Below are positions 1-9,280 of a stretch of 39,885 nucleotides of DNA, piece by piece. Origin of the DNA: an uncultured Desulfobacteraceae bacterium (lineage in GTDB: Bacteria > Desulfobacterota > Desulfobacteria > Desulfobacterales > Desulfosalsimonadaceae); contig CAZTHW010000001.1 of NCBI GenBank assembly GCA_964613595.1, forward strand, positions 1 through 39,885, read 5' to 3'. Position 1 is the stretch's first letter; every line of letters starts with the position of its first letter. The notes under the pieces were generated by a model that searched no databases, was not told the DNA's origin, and was given only the letters and a program-made list of their open reading frames with translations. The translations under genes and the position numbers were made by a program.

Positions 1-53
1 TTGTCTGCATCTTCCTTGTATCTGCGGCAAACTTGAAAATCGCTCAATTTAGG
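1..53. mobile_element. Probable end of a MITE/IS element (terminal sequence ...TTGAAAATCGCTCAATTTAGG), cut by the window edge
   Basis: 13-bp CGCTCAATTTAGG at 41-53 recurs identically at 6901-6913, both preceded by TTGAAA; the second copy lies beside a gene truncation. Confidence 0.5.
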
Positions 54-235
54 TTTCTGCAGAAATACCGCCCTGGACGGATAAACAGATTTTTACACAA
101 TTGCCATGTAATGAGAATATGCTCATAATTTTTCAAAAATGCAACCCCTTTTTGAAAAATTCATGACAATTCCGGCAAAAAAACTGCAGATCGCAGGCGC
201 GGATCTCGGGAGCTCGCGGGCAGGAAGGGATTTAC

Positions 236-292
236 AAAAAAAACGAAGCCTCCGAAGAAAAAAGCTTTTCCATGACTTCTTCGGGGGCTTCG
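236..292 (-). terminator. Intrinsic terminator downstream of pccA
   Basis: Stem CGAAGCCTCCGAAGAA / TTCTTCGGGGGCTTCG with an A-run on its left (U-tract on the minus strand), ~50 bp past the pccA stop. Confidence 0.65.
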
Positions 293-343
293 CGTGTTTC
301 AACGGGCGGAACCGACAAGGGATGCCGCTTGCATATAAAACGG

Positions 344-2374
344 TCAGGCGGGTTCCTTGGCGAATTTCACAAGGATGTCGCCGGATTCCACGGCCTGATT
401 GGCCGCCACCCGGACTTCTTCCACGATGCCGTCACGGGGCGAGGCCACCCCGCTTTCCATCTTCATGGATTCCAGAATCACCACCTCCTGGCCCTTGTAT
501 ACACGTTCTCCGGGGCTGACCCGGACATCGACCACCTGGCCCGGCATGGGGCACCGGATCACATTTTCCGATACCCGTTTCATGGGACTGGGCATGTGTA
601 CGGCCAATTCCCATTCCCGGGGGGTATAAATTTCAAAAACCCGATTGACACCGCAGTACGAGCCAGACATGAAATTGCCGACAAAACGGATGATAAACCG
701 GTGCACGCTCCCGTTGACAGTGAGTTTCAGGCGACGGCGGTAAAATTCAAACGGCGGATGGGTCACATCGTATTCCCGGTCATTGACCGAGATCGTCCAG
801 TTTCGCTCCGCGGCGTTTCCGCGGAGTCGGACCTGAAATACTTCATTTCCGGACTTGACCATGTATTCGTGCTGGTCTTTGGCCGGGATACGGCTTCCGA
901 TAGCAGAAACCATGGGCTTTAATGATTCCCGGACCAGGGCGCTGCGGCAGTGGCGGACCAGGGTGACAGCCATAACCAGCCGCTGCAGATGTTCTTCAGG
1001 CGGCGTCTCCACGGCCTCTGCGCCGTCGAATTGCTCCGGGATAAAATCGGTGCTCAGGCGGCCCCCGGAAAAGGCGCTCAGGTTTAAAATCCGGTTTACA
1101 AAATCAATGTTGGTGACCACGCCCTCGATGTGATAGCCGTTTAAGGCGTTGATGAGTTCCAGGCGCGCCTCCTCTCGGGTTTGCCCCCGGCAGATGACCT
1201 TGGCCAGCAGGGAATCATAAAAAACACTGATCAGGCTGCCTGCATGCACGCCGCTGTCCACGCGCACATGCTGCCCCCTGGGCTCGGCATAACGGGTGAC
1301 CAGCCCGGTTGCGGGGAAAAATCCCTTTTCCGGGTCTTCAGCACAAATCCGCGCCTCAATGGCCCAGCCGTTGATCTCCACGTCGGCCTGCCGGATGGGA
1401 AGCGGCTCGCCTGCGGCTATCCGGAACTGCAGTTCCACAAGGTCCAGACCGGTCACCATTTCGGTCACCGGATGCTCCACCTGCAGCCGGGTGTTCATTT
1501 CCAGGAAAAAAAAGGCGCCCGAGTCCTCCATGACAAATTCCACCGTGCCCGCGTTGGCATAGCCGCTCTGGCGGGCCAGCCGGCAGGCCTCTTCTCCCAT
1601 TTTGGCCCGCAGGGACGCATCCACCCTGGGCGACGGGGATTCCTCGATAATTTTCTGGTACCGGCGCTGAATGGAGCACTCCCGCTCTCCCAGGTAAACC
1701 GCATTGCCGAAACGATCGGCCATCACCTGGATTTCAATATGGCGGGGCCGGGTGATATAACGCTCGATAAAAATCCGGTCATCGCCGAAAGCCTTTTGCG
1801 CCTCTGCCCGGCTTGCCTCCCATGCGGATTTCAATTCTCCGGGCGCGCTTACGATCCGCATGCCCTTGCCGCCGCCGCCGGCAGCCGGTTTGAGCAGCAG
1901 GGGGTAGCCGGCAGTTTCCGCGGCCGCACAGGCGGCATCATAATCGGCCAGCGGATCTGTTCCGCCCGGAATTATCGGCACGCCGGCTTTTTCCGCAAGG
2001 TTTCGCGATGAGACCTTGTCGCCCAGCAGTCGGATGGCCTCAGACGGCGGCCCGATGAACGTCAGGCCGGCATTTTCAACCATTTCCGCAAACCTGGGAT
2101 TTTCGGAAAGAAAGCCGTATCCGGGGTGAACGGCTTCACACCCCTTTTCTTCGGCAATGCGGAGCAGCTTTTCCATGTCCAGGTATGATTCCGCCGCTGT
2201 GCTGCCGCCCAGAAAAACGGCTTCGTCCGCCTCCAGTGCATGCAGGCTGCGCGTGTCGGGGTCCGAATAAACAGCGACTGCGGCAATACCCAGCCGCTGA
2301 CAGGTGCGCAAAATCCGTACGGCGATTTCTCCGCGGTTGGCGATTAAAATCTTTTTAAACATCAACGGCCTCAC
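344..2374 (-). CDS. pccA: Propionyl/acyl-CoA carboxylase alpha subunit (biotin carboxylase + biotin carrier)
   Basis: KKILIANRGEIA, HPGYGFLSEN, GGGGKGMR, ERECSIQRR, FLEMNTRLQVEHPVTE motifs; C-terminal biotinylation site ESMKME; start is GTG 2374 (overlapping the pccB stop) or ATG 2362. Confidence 0.9.
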   Translation of the reverse strand: MRPLMFKKILIANRGEIAVRILRTCQRLGIAAVAVYSDPDTRSLHALEADEAVFLGGSTAAESYLDMEKLLRIAEEKGCEAVHPGYGFLSENPRFAEMVENAGLTFIGPPSEAIRLLGDKVSSRNLAEKAGVPIIPGGTDPLADYDAACAAAETAGYPLLLKPAAGGGGKGMRIVSAPGELKSAWEASRAEAQKAFGDDRIFIERYITRPRHIEIQVMADRFGNAVYLGERECSIQRRYQKIIEESPSPRVDASLRAKMGEEACRLARQSGYANAGTVEFVMEDSGAFFFLEMNTRLQVEHPVTEMVTGLDLVELQFRIAAGEPLPIRQADVEINGWAIEARICAEDPEKGFFPATGLVTRYAEPRGQHVRVDSGVHAGSLISVFYDSLLAKVICRGQTREEARLELINALNGYHIEGVVTNIDFVNRILNLSAFSGGRLSTDFIPEQFDGAEAVETPPEEHLQRLVMAVTLVRHCRSALVRESLKPMVSAIGSRIPAKDQHEYMVKSGNEVFQVRLRGNAAERNWTISVNDREYDVTHPPFEFYRRRLKLTVNGSVHRFIIRFVGNFMSGSYCGVNRVFEIYTPREWELAVHMPSPMKRVSENVIRCPMPGQVVDVRVSPGERVYKGQEVVILESMKMESGVASPRDGIVEEVRVAANQAVESGDILVKFAKEPA

Positions 2375-3924
2375 AGGGGAATGTTTCCATGTTTGCGATC
2401 CGGTTTCTCCGTTTTTTTCCCTTCCAGAAACTGCAGGGTGCGAATCAGCTGGTGGCGGGTATCGCGCGGAAAGATCACATCATCGATATACCCGCGCCGG
2501 GCCGCCAGAAAGGGGTTGGCAAAGCGACGCCGATACTCGGTCATCCGCTCGTTTAAAACCTCCTCCGGATTCTCTGCGGCCTGGATCTCCCGCCGGTAAA
2601 TCACCTCGGAGGCGCCCTTGGGCCCCATCACGGCAATCTCCGCCGAGGGCCAGGCATAATTGACATCGCAATGAATATGCTTGGAATTCATCACCAGGTA
2701 CGCTCCGCCGTAAGACTTGCGCACCACCACGGAAATGCGGGGGACCGTGGCCTCGATAAACGCATACAGCAGCTTGGCACCGTGCCGGATAATACCGCCG
2801 TGCTCCTGCTCCGGGCCGGGCATGAAGCCGGGCACGTCCACCAGGCTGATCAGGGGAATGTTAAATGCGTCGCAGAAACGGACAAACCGGGCTGCCTTTG
2901 TGGAAGCATTGCTGTCGAGCACGCCGGCGAGCACCGCGGGCTGGTTGGCCACCAGGCCCACGGCCTGGCCGCCCAGGCGGCCGAAGCCGCAAATGATGTT
3001 TCGGGCGTAATCCGGGTGAACTTCCATGAATTCGGCCCCGTCCAGGATGCTGTAGATCAGGACGTTCATGTCATAGGTCTGCCCCGGATTCGGCGGCACC
3101 AGGTAATCCAGGGCCGGGTCCGTGCGCTCGGGCGGGTCGCTGAAATCCACCAGCGGTGCCTTCTGCCGATTATTGGAGGGCAGATAGTTCATCAGGCGGC
3201 GTACCTCGCGCAGGCAGAGAATGTCATTGGGAAGATTGAAATGGGCCACGCCGCTGGTGCTGCCATGCACGTCCGCCCCGCCCAGGTCTTCGGCGGAAAT
3301 GTCCTGGTGAATCACGGTCTTGACCACATTCGGCCCGGTGACAAACATGTAGGATGAACTCTGCACCATGAACACGAAATCGGTCATGGACGGGCTGTAT
3401 ACGGCCCCACCCGCGCACGGGCCCATGATGCAGGAAATCTGGGGGACCACGCCGCTGGCCTTCACATTGCGGTAAAAGATTTCCCCGTAAGCAGCCAGGG
3501 AATCCACCCCTTCCTGGATCCGGGCGCCGCCGGAATCGTTTAAACCGATAATTGGACATCCGACCCGCACGGCCATGTCCATGACCTTGCAGATCTTCTG
3601 GGAATGCGCTTCGCCCAGGGAACCGCCGATCACGGTAAAATCCTGGCTGAACACGCACACCTCGCGGCCCTCCACGGTGCCGTGGCCGGCCACCACGCCG
3701 TCGCCCGGATAGGTGCGTTCATCTCCGATGGCGCTGCCCCGGCCTGTCTTGAGCATGTCGAACTCCTCAAACGAACCTTCGTCGAGCAGCAGCTCGATGC
3801 GCTCCCGGGCCGTGAGCTTGCCCTTGAGATGCTGCACCTCGATGCGTTTTTCCCCCCCGCACTGAAGCGCCTCTTCGCGCAGGGCCTCCAGCGTGGCGAT
3901 ATTTTCCTGAAGCGCGATATCCAT
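2371..3924 (-). CDS. pccB: Propionyl/acyl-CoA carboxylase beta subunit (carboxyltransferase)
   Basis: GKLTARERI, QDFTVIGGSLG, DSGGARIQEGV, GPCAGGAVYSP, DVPGFMPG, C-terminal RKHGNIPL; ATG 3924 chosen as start. Confidence 0.92.
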   Translation of the reverse strand: MDIALQENIATLEALREEALQCGGEKRIEVQHLKGKLTARERIELLLDEGSFEEFDMLKTGRGSAIGDERTYPGDGVVAGHGTVEGREVCVFSQDFTVIGGSLGEAHSQKICKVMDMAVRVGCPIIGLNDSGGARIQEGVDSLAAYGEIFYRNVKASGVVPQISCIMGPCAGGAVYSPSMTDFVFMVQSSSYMFVTGPNVVKTVIHQDISAEDLGGADVHGSTSGVAHFNLPNDILCLREVRRLMNYLPSNNRQKAPLVDFSDPPERTDPALDYLVPPNPGQTYDMNVLIYSILDGAEFMEVHPDYARNIICGFGRLGGQAVGLVANQPAVLAGVLDSNASTKAARFVRFCDAFNIPLISLVDVPGFMPGPEQEHGGIIRHGAKLLYAFIEATVPRISVVVRKSYGGAYLVMNSKHIHCDVNYAWPSAEIAVMGPKGASEVIYRREIQAAENPEEVLNERMTEYRRRFANPFLAARRGYIDDVIFPRDTRHQLIRTLQFLEGKKTEKPDRKHGNIPL

Positions 3925-4211
3925 GGCACACACCCCGCAAAATAGACAACTTGTTTATTTTATTTAATTTTACTTATCAAGCCGGGATATATTATCAAAA
4001 GATTTCCGCGAACGCTACGATTAATATGCTTCCCGTTGCCACGCCGTGCAACATTTGCCAGCGCTGCCCCGCCGGCCGGCACTGCGAAAATCCTGGAAGC
4101 CAGATGCTTTCTTGCAGGGCCTCACAAAATCGAAATCCTCTGCCAAAAGCCTGAAAACCCTGCTTTACTTTGCAGGACCCGGCGGATTTGCCGGCCTTTA
4201 TGGCAGCCCAC

Positions 4212-4240
4212 TTGATTTTACCCGCAAAATTGGTTAGTTT
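4212..4240 (+). promoter_or_regulatory. Candidate sigma70 promoter for hicBA (and possibly hisHF)
   Basis: TTGATT-17 bp-TAGTTT, ~40 bp before the GGAGG RBS/ATG at 4283. Confidence 0.4.
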
Positions 4241-4282
4241 GAATTAAGTTTTCCTGATAATAAAAGATTCGCGGAGGCTTAT

Positions 4283-4486
4283 ATGAATGTGCAGGTTGTT
4301 CTTGAACCAAGCGAAGATGGGGGCTATACGGCATATGTTCCAAGCTTGCCGGGCTGTATCAGCGAAGGTGACAGCAAGGAAGAAGCATTGCACAACATAA
4401 AAGAGGCCATTGCACTGTACCTGGAGCCTGTAGATGACGACATGGGATATGGCCCGGCTGCGGAGATAACGGAAATCGCAGTATGA
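4283..4486 (+). CDS. hicB: HicB-family antitoxin, short form without DNA-binding domain
   Basis: EDGGYTAYVPSLPGCISEGDSKEEALHNIKEAIALYLE signature; GGAGG RBS; ATGA overlap with hicA. Confidence 0.9.
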   Translation: MNVQVVLEPSEDGGYTAYVPSLPGCISEGDSKEEALHNIKEAIALYLEPVDDDMGYGPAAEITEIAV

Positions 4487-4710
4487 GCAAAGTGCCCGCC
4501 CTGCCTTATGAAAAAGTGATCGCTGCATTAAAACGCGATGGATGGGTTGTTGTTCGTCAAAGGGGGAGCCATATCCGGCTCCAGAAGCATACACGCACCG
4601 ATGTATTAAAACTTACCGTACCGGCGCATCGGCCCATTAAGCGCTCTACGCTGGCCCATATCCTGAAGCAGGCCCGTTTATCGCTCGAGGCATTTCAGGA
4701 ACTGCTCTAA
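4483..4710 (+). CDS. hicA: HicA-family mRNA interferase toxin
   Basis: GWVVVRQRGSHIRL (conserved His), TVPAH, TLAHILKQA; 75 aa. Confidence 0.9.
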   Translation: MSKVPALPYEKVIAALKRDGWVVVRQRGSHIRLQKHTRTDVLKLTVPAHRPIKRSTLAHILKQARLSLEAFQELL

Positions 4711-4733
4711 AAAATCAAAAGAAAGCCACCCTG

Positions 4734-6317
4734 ATGATCACCTTACTTGACTACGGCGCCGGAAATGTGCGCAGCGTGGTAAACGCCATAGAAAAACTGG
4801 GCCGGCAGGTCCATGTCGCCGGCAGCGCAGATGAGATCCGCCGGGCGGAAAAACTGGTTTTTCCGGGCGTCGGCAGCTTTGGCAGCATGATGCAGGTACT
4901 GCAGGAAAAGGGCTACGTGGACGCCCTGCGCGAATACCTCCGCGCAGACAAGCCGTTTCTGGGAATCTGCCTGGGCCTGCAGGCGCTTTTCGAAAAAAGC
5001 GAAGAGGCCCCCGGAATTGCCGGCCTGGGATTTATCCCCGGTATGGTCAAGCGGTTTGACACGGATCTGTCCGTGCCCCACATCGGATGGAACGGCATCC
5101 GCGTGAAAAAACCCACGGCCCTGTTCAACGACCTGGCCGGGGAAGAAAAGTTCTACTTTGTGCATTCCTATCATGTCGTACCCCGGGATCCGGAGGTCGT
5201 GCTGACCACCACCGACTACGGCACGGAATTTGTCAGCAGCATCCGGATCGGCAATATCACGGCCACCCAGTTTCACCCGGAAAAAAGCGGGGCCGCCGGC
5301 CTGGCCGTTTTCCGCAATTTTCTCGAACCCGGCCCCGAGTCGGGTGCCGCCCGGATCGACACAGGCAACAAAACCCGCCTGGCAAAGCGGATCGTGGCAT
5401 GCCTGGACGTTCGCGCTAATGACGCCGGTGACCTGGTGGTCACCAAGGGCGACCAGTATGACGTTCGTGAAAACGGCCAGGTCCGAAACCTGGGCAAACC
5501 CGCGGAACTGGCCCGGGACTATTACGCGCAGGGCGCAGATGAGATCACATTCCTCAATATTACGGGCTTCCGGGATTTCCCCCTGGCGGATCTGCCCATG
5601 CTCGAAGTGCTGCGGCAGACCTCGAGGCAGGTGTTCGTGCCCCTGACCATCGGCGGCGGAATCCGCAGCTACACCGACGCAAACGGGCGAACCTGGTCCG
5701 CCCTGGAGGTGGCCGCCGAGTACTTCCGCTCCGGTGCGGATAAAATCTCCGTGGGCAGTGATGCGGTGGCCATTGTGGAGCAGTACCTGAAAACCGGGCA
5801 GAAAACCGGGCAAAGCGCAATCGAACAGATTTCCGAGGTATACGGCAACCAGGCAGTGGTCATTTCCATTGATCCGCGGCGGGTTTACGTCACCCGGCCG
5901 GGAGAAACCGCATTTCACGTAATTCATACAGAGGAGCCCGGCCCGAAAAACGAAAAATACTGCTGGTTTCAGTGCACGGTCAAGGGCGGACGCGAAGGCC
6001 GGCCCGTGGACGTGCTCACCCTGGCCCGGGTTTGCGAGGAACTCGGGGCCGGCGAAATCCTGCTCAACTCCATTGACCGCGACGGCACCAACGCAGGCTT
6101 TGACATCGAGTTGATCAACGCGGTGGCAGAAACGATTTCCATACCGGTGATCGCTTCTTCCGGAGCCGGATGTGCCGCGCATTTCCTGGAGGTATTCACC
6201 CGGACAGGCGCAGAAGCGGCCCTGGCAGCCGGGATTTTCCACCGCCGGGAAGTTCCCGTGGGCGCGGTCAAAAAATACCTGTCCGACAAAGTCGAAATCC
6301 GAAGGGAGGGAACATGA
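4734..6317 (+). CDS. hisHF: Bifunctional imidazole glycerol phosphate synthase, HisH glutaminase fused to HisF cyclase
   Basis: N-terminal LDYGAGNVRSV, PGVG, GICLG (catalytic Cys), FVHSY, QFHPEKS; C-terminal IVACLDV, PLTIGGGIR, GADKIS, GAGEILLNSIDRDG, ASSGAG, ALAAGIFH. Confidence 0.95.
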   Translation: MITLLDYGAGNVRSVVNAIEKLGRQVHVAGSADEIRRAEKLVFPGVGSFGSMMQVLQEKGYVDALREYLRADKPFLGICLGLQALFEKSEEAPGIAGLGFIPGMVKRFDTDLSVPHIGWNGIRVKKPTALFNDLAGEEKFYFVHSYHVVPRDPEVVLTTTDYGTEFVSSIRIGNITATQFHPEKSGAAGLAVFRNFLEPGPESGAARIDTGNKTRLAKRIVACLDVRANDAGDLVVTKGDQYDVRENGQVRNLGKPAELARDYYAQGADEITFLNITGFRDFPLADLPMLEVLRQTSRQVFVPLTIGGGIRSYTDANGRTWSALEVAAEYFRSGADKISVGSDAVAIVEQYLKTGQKTGQSAIEQISEVYGNQAVVISIDPRRVYVTRPGETAFHVIHTEEPGPKNEKYCWFQCTVKGGREGRPVDVLTLARVCEELGAGEILLNSIDRDGTNAGFDIELINAVAETISIPVIASSGAGCAAHFLEVFTRTGAEAALAAGIFHRREVPVGAVKKYLSDKVEIRREGT

Positions 6318-6898
6318 AAAACGCATGGTTTACCGCCGGTATTCTGATTTTTACGCTGTTTGCCGCCGCCGCGGCATGCGCCGGGCAGTCGATTTCCTCG
6401 AAAATCACGGAGGTGACCCTGTTTTTCGACAAGGCCCGTGTCAGCCGGCAGGCCTCGGCAAGCGTGGAGCCCGGCATCCACAGCCTGGTAATCCCCCTGG
6501 ATGCGTTTTCCATTGAAGAAAAATCCGTAACCGCGGATGTCGCCGGCCGGGGCGAAATCCTCGGTGTGCGGGTGTCAAGACTCCCGACCGCAGAATCGCC
6601 GCAAGAAAAAATCCGTGAACTCGAGGCCCGTATCCGGGAGCTGCAGGACCAAAAACAGGCGCTCACGGATCGGAAAACCACCCTTGAGCGGCAGGAAACA
6701 TTTCTCGACGGTGTGGTCGATTTTTCCGGGACCCAGGTCCCAAAGGAAATTAAAACCCAAATGCCCGCCCCCGGGGATCTGGATGCCACCCTGGATTTTC
6801 TGGGGCAAGCGGTTTGCCAAAATTTCGATGAAAAGCCCATGGCCGAAAGACTTAATTCCTTAAAAAAATACAAAATATTGATCCGTGTAAAAATTTGA
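6314..6898 (+). pseudogene. Truncated DUF4140/DUF4139 (MuiA-like) exported protein
   Basis: Signal peptide, SKITEVTLFFDKARVSR DUF4140-type start and coiled coil; family members are normally ~500+ aa, but here the frame runs into AT-rich sequence after ~6810 and stops at 194 aa. Confidence 0.7.
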
Positions 6899-6913
6899 AA
6901 CGCTCAATTTAGG
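6810..6913. mobile_element. IS/MITE end remnant at the truncation of the DUF4140 gene
   Basis: AT-rich ~100 bp ending TTGAAACGCTCAATTTAGG, the same terminal 13-mer as at 41-53; left boundary approximate. Confidence 0.5.
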
Positions 6914-6950
6914 AAGGATATGCCGACGCCGGTGTTTTAAGGAGGGAAAA

Positions 6951-8270
6951 TTGGACACTGCCGCACAGCCCCGCGACTATCTCTTATCCATCGGTTCCCG
7001 GCAGCGCAGGGGCGAGCCGGCCGGCATATATTCGGTGTGTTCCGCGCACCCGATGGTGCTGGAGGCTGCACTTGATCAGGCTGAAACGGACAAAAGCCCG
7101 CTGCTTGTCGAGTCCACCTGCAACCAGGTCAACCAGTTCGGTGGATATTCCGGCATGACGCCCGCGGATTTTGCCGCATACATTTACCGCATGGCCGAAC
7201 AGGTGCGGTTTGATCCCCGGCGGCTCATGCTTGGCGGAGACCACCTGGGCCCGTACGTCTGGCGAAGCGAGCCGGCGGAATCAGCCATGGAAAAGGCCGA
7301 AACCCTGGTATCAGACTGCGTTGTTGCCGGCTACGGCAAGATCCACCTGGATGCCAGCATGCCGCTGGGCGATGACAATGGCCGCGCCATTTCCACGCAG
7401 ACTTCCGCCGAACGGGCCGCCAGGCTGTGCCGGGCCGCGGAACGGGCCGCCGCGCAAACGAATTCTCAAAAAGACCCCCCGCTTTACGTTATCGGAGCGG
7501 AAGTTCCCACCCCCGGCGGCTCCCTGGCCACGCGCGGGGATGTCCCCGTCAGCAACCCGGAAGAAGTGGCAGAATTTATCCATACCTGCCAAGATGTTTT
7601 TTCCGAATCCGGACTGGAAGCCGCATGGACCCGGGTGATTGCAGTGGTGGTCCAGCCGGGAATCGATTTCGGACAACACTGGGTGGCGCCCTATGATCGC
7701 CAATCCGCCGGCGCGCTGTCTGAATTTCACAGCCAGCTCCCGGAGACGACCACCTACGAAATCCATGCCACGGACTTTCAAACCCCGCAGGGGCTTTCGC
7801 ACATGGTTGCGGATCATTTCCCCCTGCTCAAAGTGGGCCCCTGCCTCACATTTGCATTCCGGGAGGCGGTTTTTGCCCTGGACCGGATTGAACAGGAATG
7901 GCTCGGGGGCCGCAAAAGCATTTCCCCCGCAAACATCCGGCAGGTATTGTGCGATGTCATGGACGCGGATCCGGGCTACTGGCACTCCCACCACCGTGCG
8001 GAGTCGGCATCTGACTGGCGCGTGCTTTTCAGTTATCTCGACCGCGTTCGCTATTACTGGGCCCGGCCGGAACTGAAAAACGCCCTGTCCCGGCTTGTTG
8101 AAAATCTCGGTCGCGAGCCCGTTCCGCCGACACTGCTCAGCCAGTACCTGCCCGAACAATACCAAGCGGTTGCCGCGGGCAGACTTGCTGAAGACCCGGC
8201 CTCCCTGATCCGCCATAAGATCCGGGGCGCGCTTCTGCCATATGCAGCCGCCTGCCGCATGACAGAATAG
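6951..8270 (+). CDS. gatZ: GatZ/KbaZ-family protein (tagatose-bisphosphate aldolase non-catalytic subunit / tagatose-6-phosphate 4-epimerase family)
   Basis: GIYSVCSAHPMVLEA, ESTCNQVNQFGGYSGMTP, GGDHLGP, KIHLDASM, EVPTPGG, VVQPG, HATDFQ, LKVGP, DRVRYYW; AAGGAGG RBS before the TTG start. Confidence 0.88.
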   Translation: MDTAAQPRDYLLSIGSRQRRGEPAGIYSVCSAHPMVLEAALDQAETDKSPLLVESTCNQVNQFGGYSGMTPADFAAYIYRMAEQVRFDPRRLMLGGDHLGPYVWRSEPAESAMEKAETLVSDCVVAGYGKIHLDASMPLGDDNGRAISTQTSAERAARLCRAAERAAAQTNSQKDPPLYVIGAEVPTPGGSLATRGDVPVSNPEEVAEFIHTCQDVFSESGLEAAWTRVIAVVVQPGIDFGQHWVAPYDRQSAGALSEFHSQLPETTTYEIHATDFQTPQGLSHMVADHFPLLKVGPCLTFAFREAVFALDRIEQEWLGGRKSISPANIRQVLCDVMDADPGYWHSHHRAESASDWRVLFSYLDRVRYYWARPELKNALSRLVENLGREPVPPTLLSQYLPEQYQAVAAGRLAEDPASLIRHKIRGALLPYAAACRMTE

Positions 8271-8286
8271 ACACACAAAAAAATAA

Positions 8287-8302
8287 TTTACTTTGACGTA
8301 AA
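8287..8302 (+). promoter_or_regulatory. LiuR-like operator palindrome overlapping a TTGACG -35 element
   Basis: TTTACTTTGACGTAAA matches the LiuR consensus TTTACGTwwACGTAAA at 14/16 positions; 83 bp upstream of the oxidoreductase operon. Confidence 0.5.
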
Positions 8303-8385
8303 CTGTGGTTAATGTAAGAATCCGTCCAAGACGCCGGAGACGGATAAAACGGATAAACATTTAACCTAAAATACAAGCAGACATT

Positions 8386-8967
8386 ATGCGAGACGATATT
8401 ACGAAAATCCGATGGCACGGCCGGGGCGGCCAGGGGGCGATTACAGCAGCCAAAATCGTGGCAAACGCGGCGTTTTCCTCAGGCTACGGCGGGGTGGTGA
8501 TGGCGCCCACATTCGGCACGGAGCGAAGAGGCGCGCCTGTGCTGACCTCGCTTAAGATCTCGAAGCACAAGATCTATGACCTGTCCCCGATTGCCGAGCC
8601 GGACGTGGTCATTGTGCTAGACCACCTGCTGGTCGAAGAAGTGGACGTGGCTTCCGGGCTCAGACCCGGCGGCCTGATCATTATCAACACGCCCAGGCCC
8701 CCGGAGGCCTTCGCCTTTGCCGGCCTGAAGGTGGCCACCGCGGATGTTACCACCCTGGCGGGCAAAGCGGGCCTGCCCGCGGGCATTGTCAACACCGGCA
8801 TCATCGGCGCCTTTGCCAGGGCCGGTGATCTGCTGGACATGGACACCCTGGCCGGGGCCATTGAATCCGAATTCGCGGGCAAATCCCCGGAAAAAAACAT
8901 CGCGGCCGCCCGCGCGACATACAAGCATACCCTGGTTGGAGAAACCGATGAAAAACGACAACAATAA
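8386..8967 (+). CDS. porC: 2-oxoacid:ferredoxin oxidoreductase gamma subunit
   Basis: IRWHGRGGQGAITA, FGTERRGAPV, PDVVIVLD. Confidence 0.88.
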   Translation: MRDDITKIRWHGRGGQGAITAAKIVANAAFSSGYGGVVMAPTFGTERRGAPVLTSLKISKHKIYDLSPIAEPDVVIVLDHLLVEEVDVASGLRPGGLIIINTPRPPEAFAFAGLKVATADVTTLAGKAGLPAGIVNTGIIGAFARAGDLLDMDTLAGAIESEFAGKSPEKNIAAARATYKHTLVGETDEKRQQ

Positions 8968-9277
8968 AAATCCGGACAGCAAAAAATACGCCTGCCATGT
9001 CTCCCACAGCGAGCCCGGTCCGGGCGACGGCGGAAGGACCGGCTCCTGGCGGGTACTCCGGCCGGTCATTGATCTGGACAAGTGCATCCCGGCCAAACGA
9101 AACAAGCCGGCCTGCTTTTCCTGCTGGCTGTATTGTCCGGACGGGGTGATCACCAAGACGGTTCCCCCGACCATTGACTATGAATACTGCAAGGGCTGCG
9201 AAATCTGCGCCGAGGAATGCCCGGCAGATGCCATTACCATGGTGGAGGAGACCCTGATGATCATGGAGGAAAAATAG
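8948..9277 (+). CDS. porD: 2-oxoacid:ferredoxin oxidoreductase delta subunit (2x[4Fe-4S])
   Basis: GRTGSWRVLRPVIDLDKC, CFSCWLYCP and DYEYCKGCEICAEECP; internal ATG 8948 used as start. Confidence 0.88.
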   Translation: MKNDNNKNPDSKKYACHVSHSEPGPGDGGRTGSWRVLRPVIDLDKCIPAKRNKPACFSCWLYCPDGVITKTVPPTIDYEYCKGCEICAEECPADAITMVEETLMIMEEK

Positions 9278-9280
9278 CGC

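Noticed and set aside
4743..6326. 527-aa antisense ORF exactly shadowing hisHF
   Set aside because: No recognisable motifs; long antisense frames are expected opposite GC-rich coding genes
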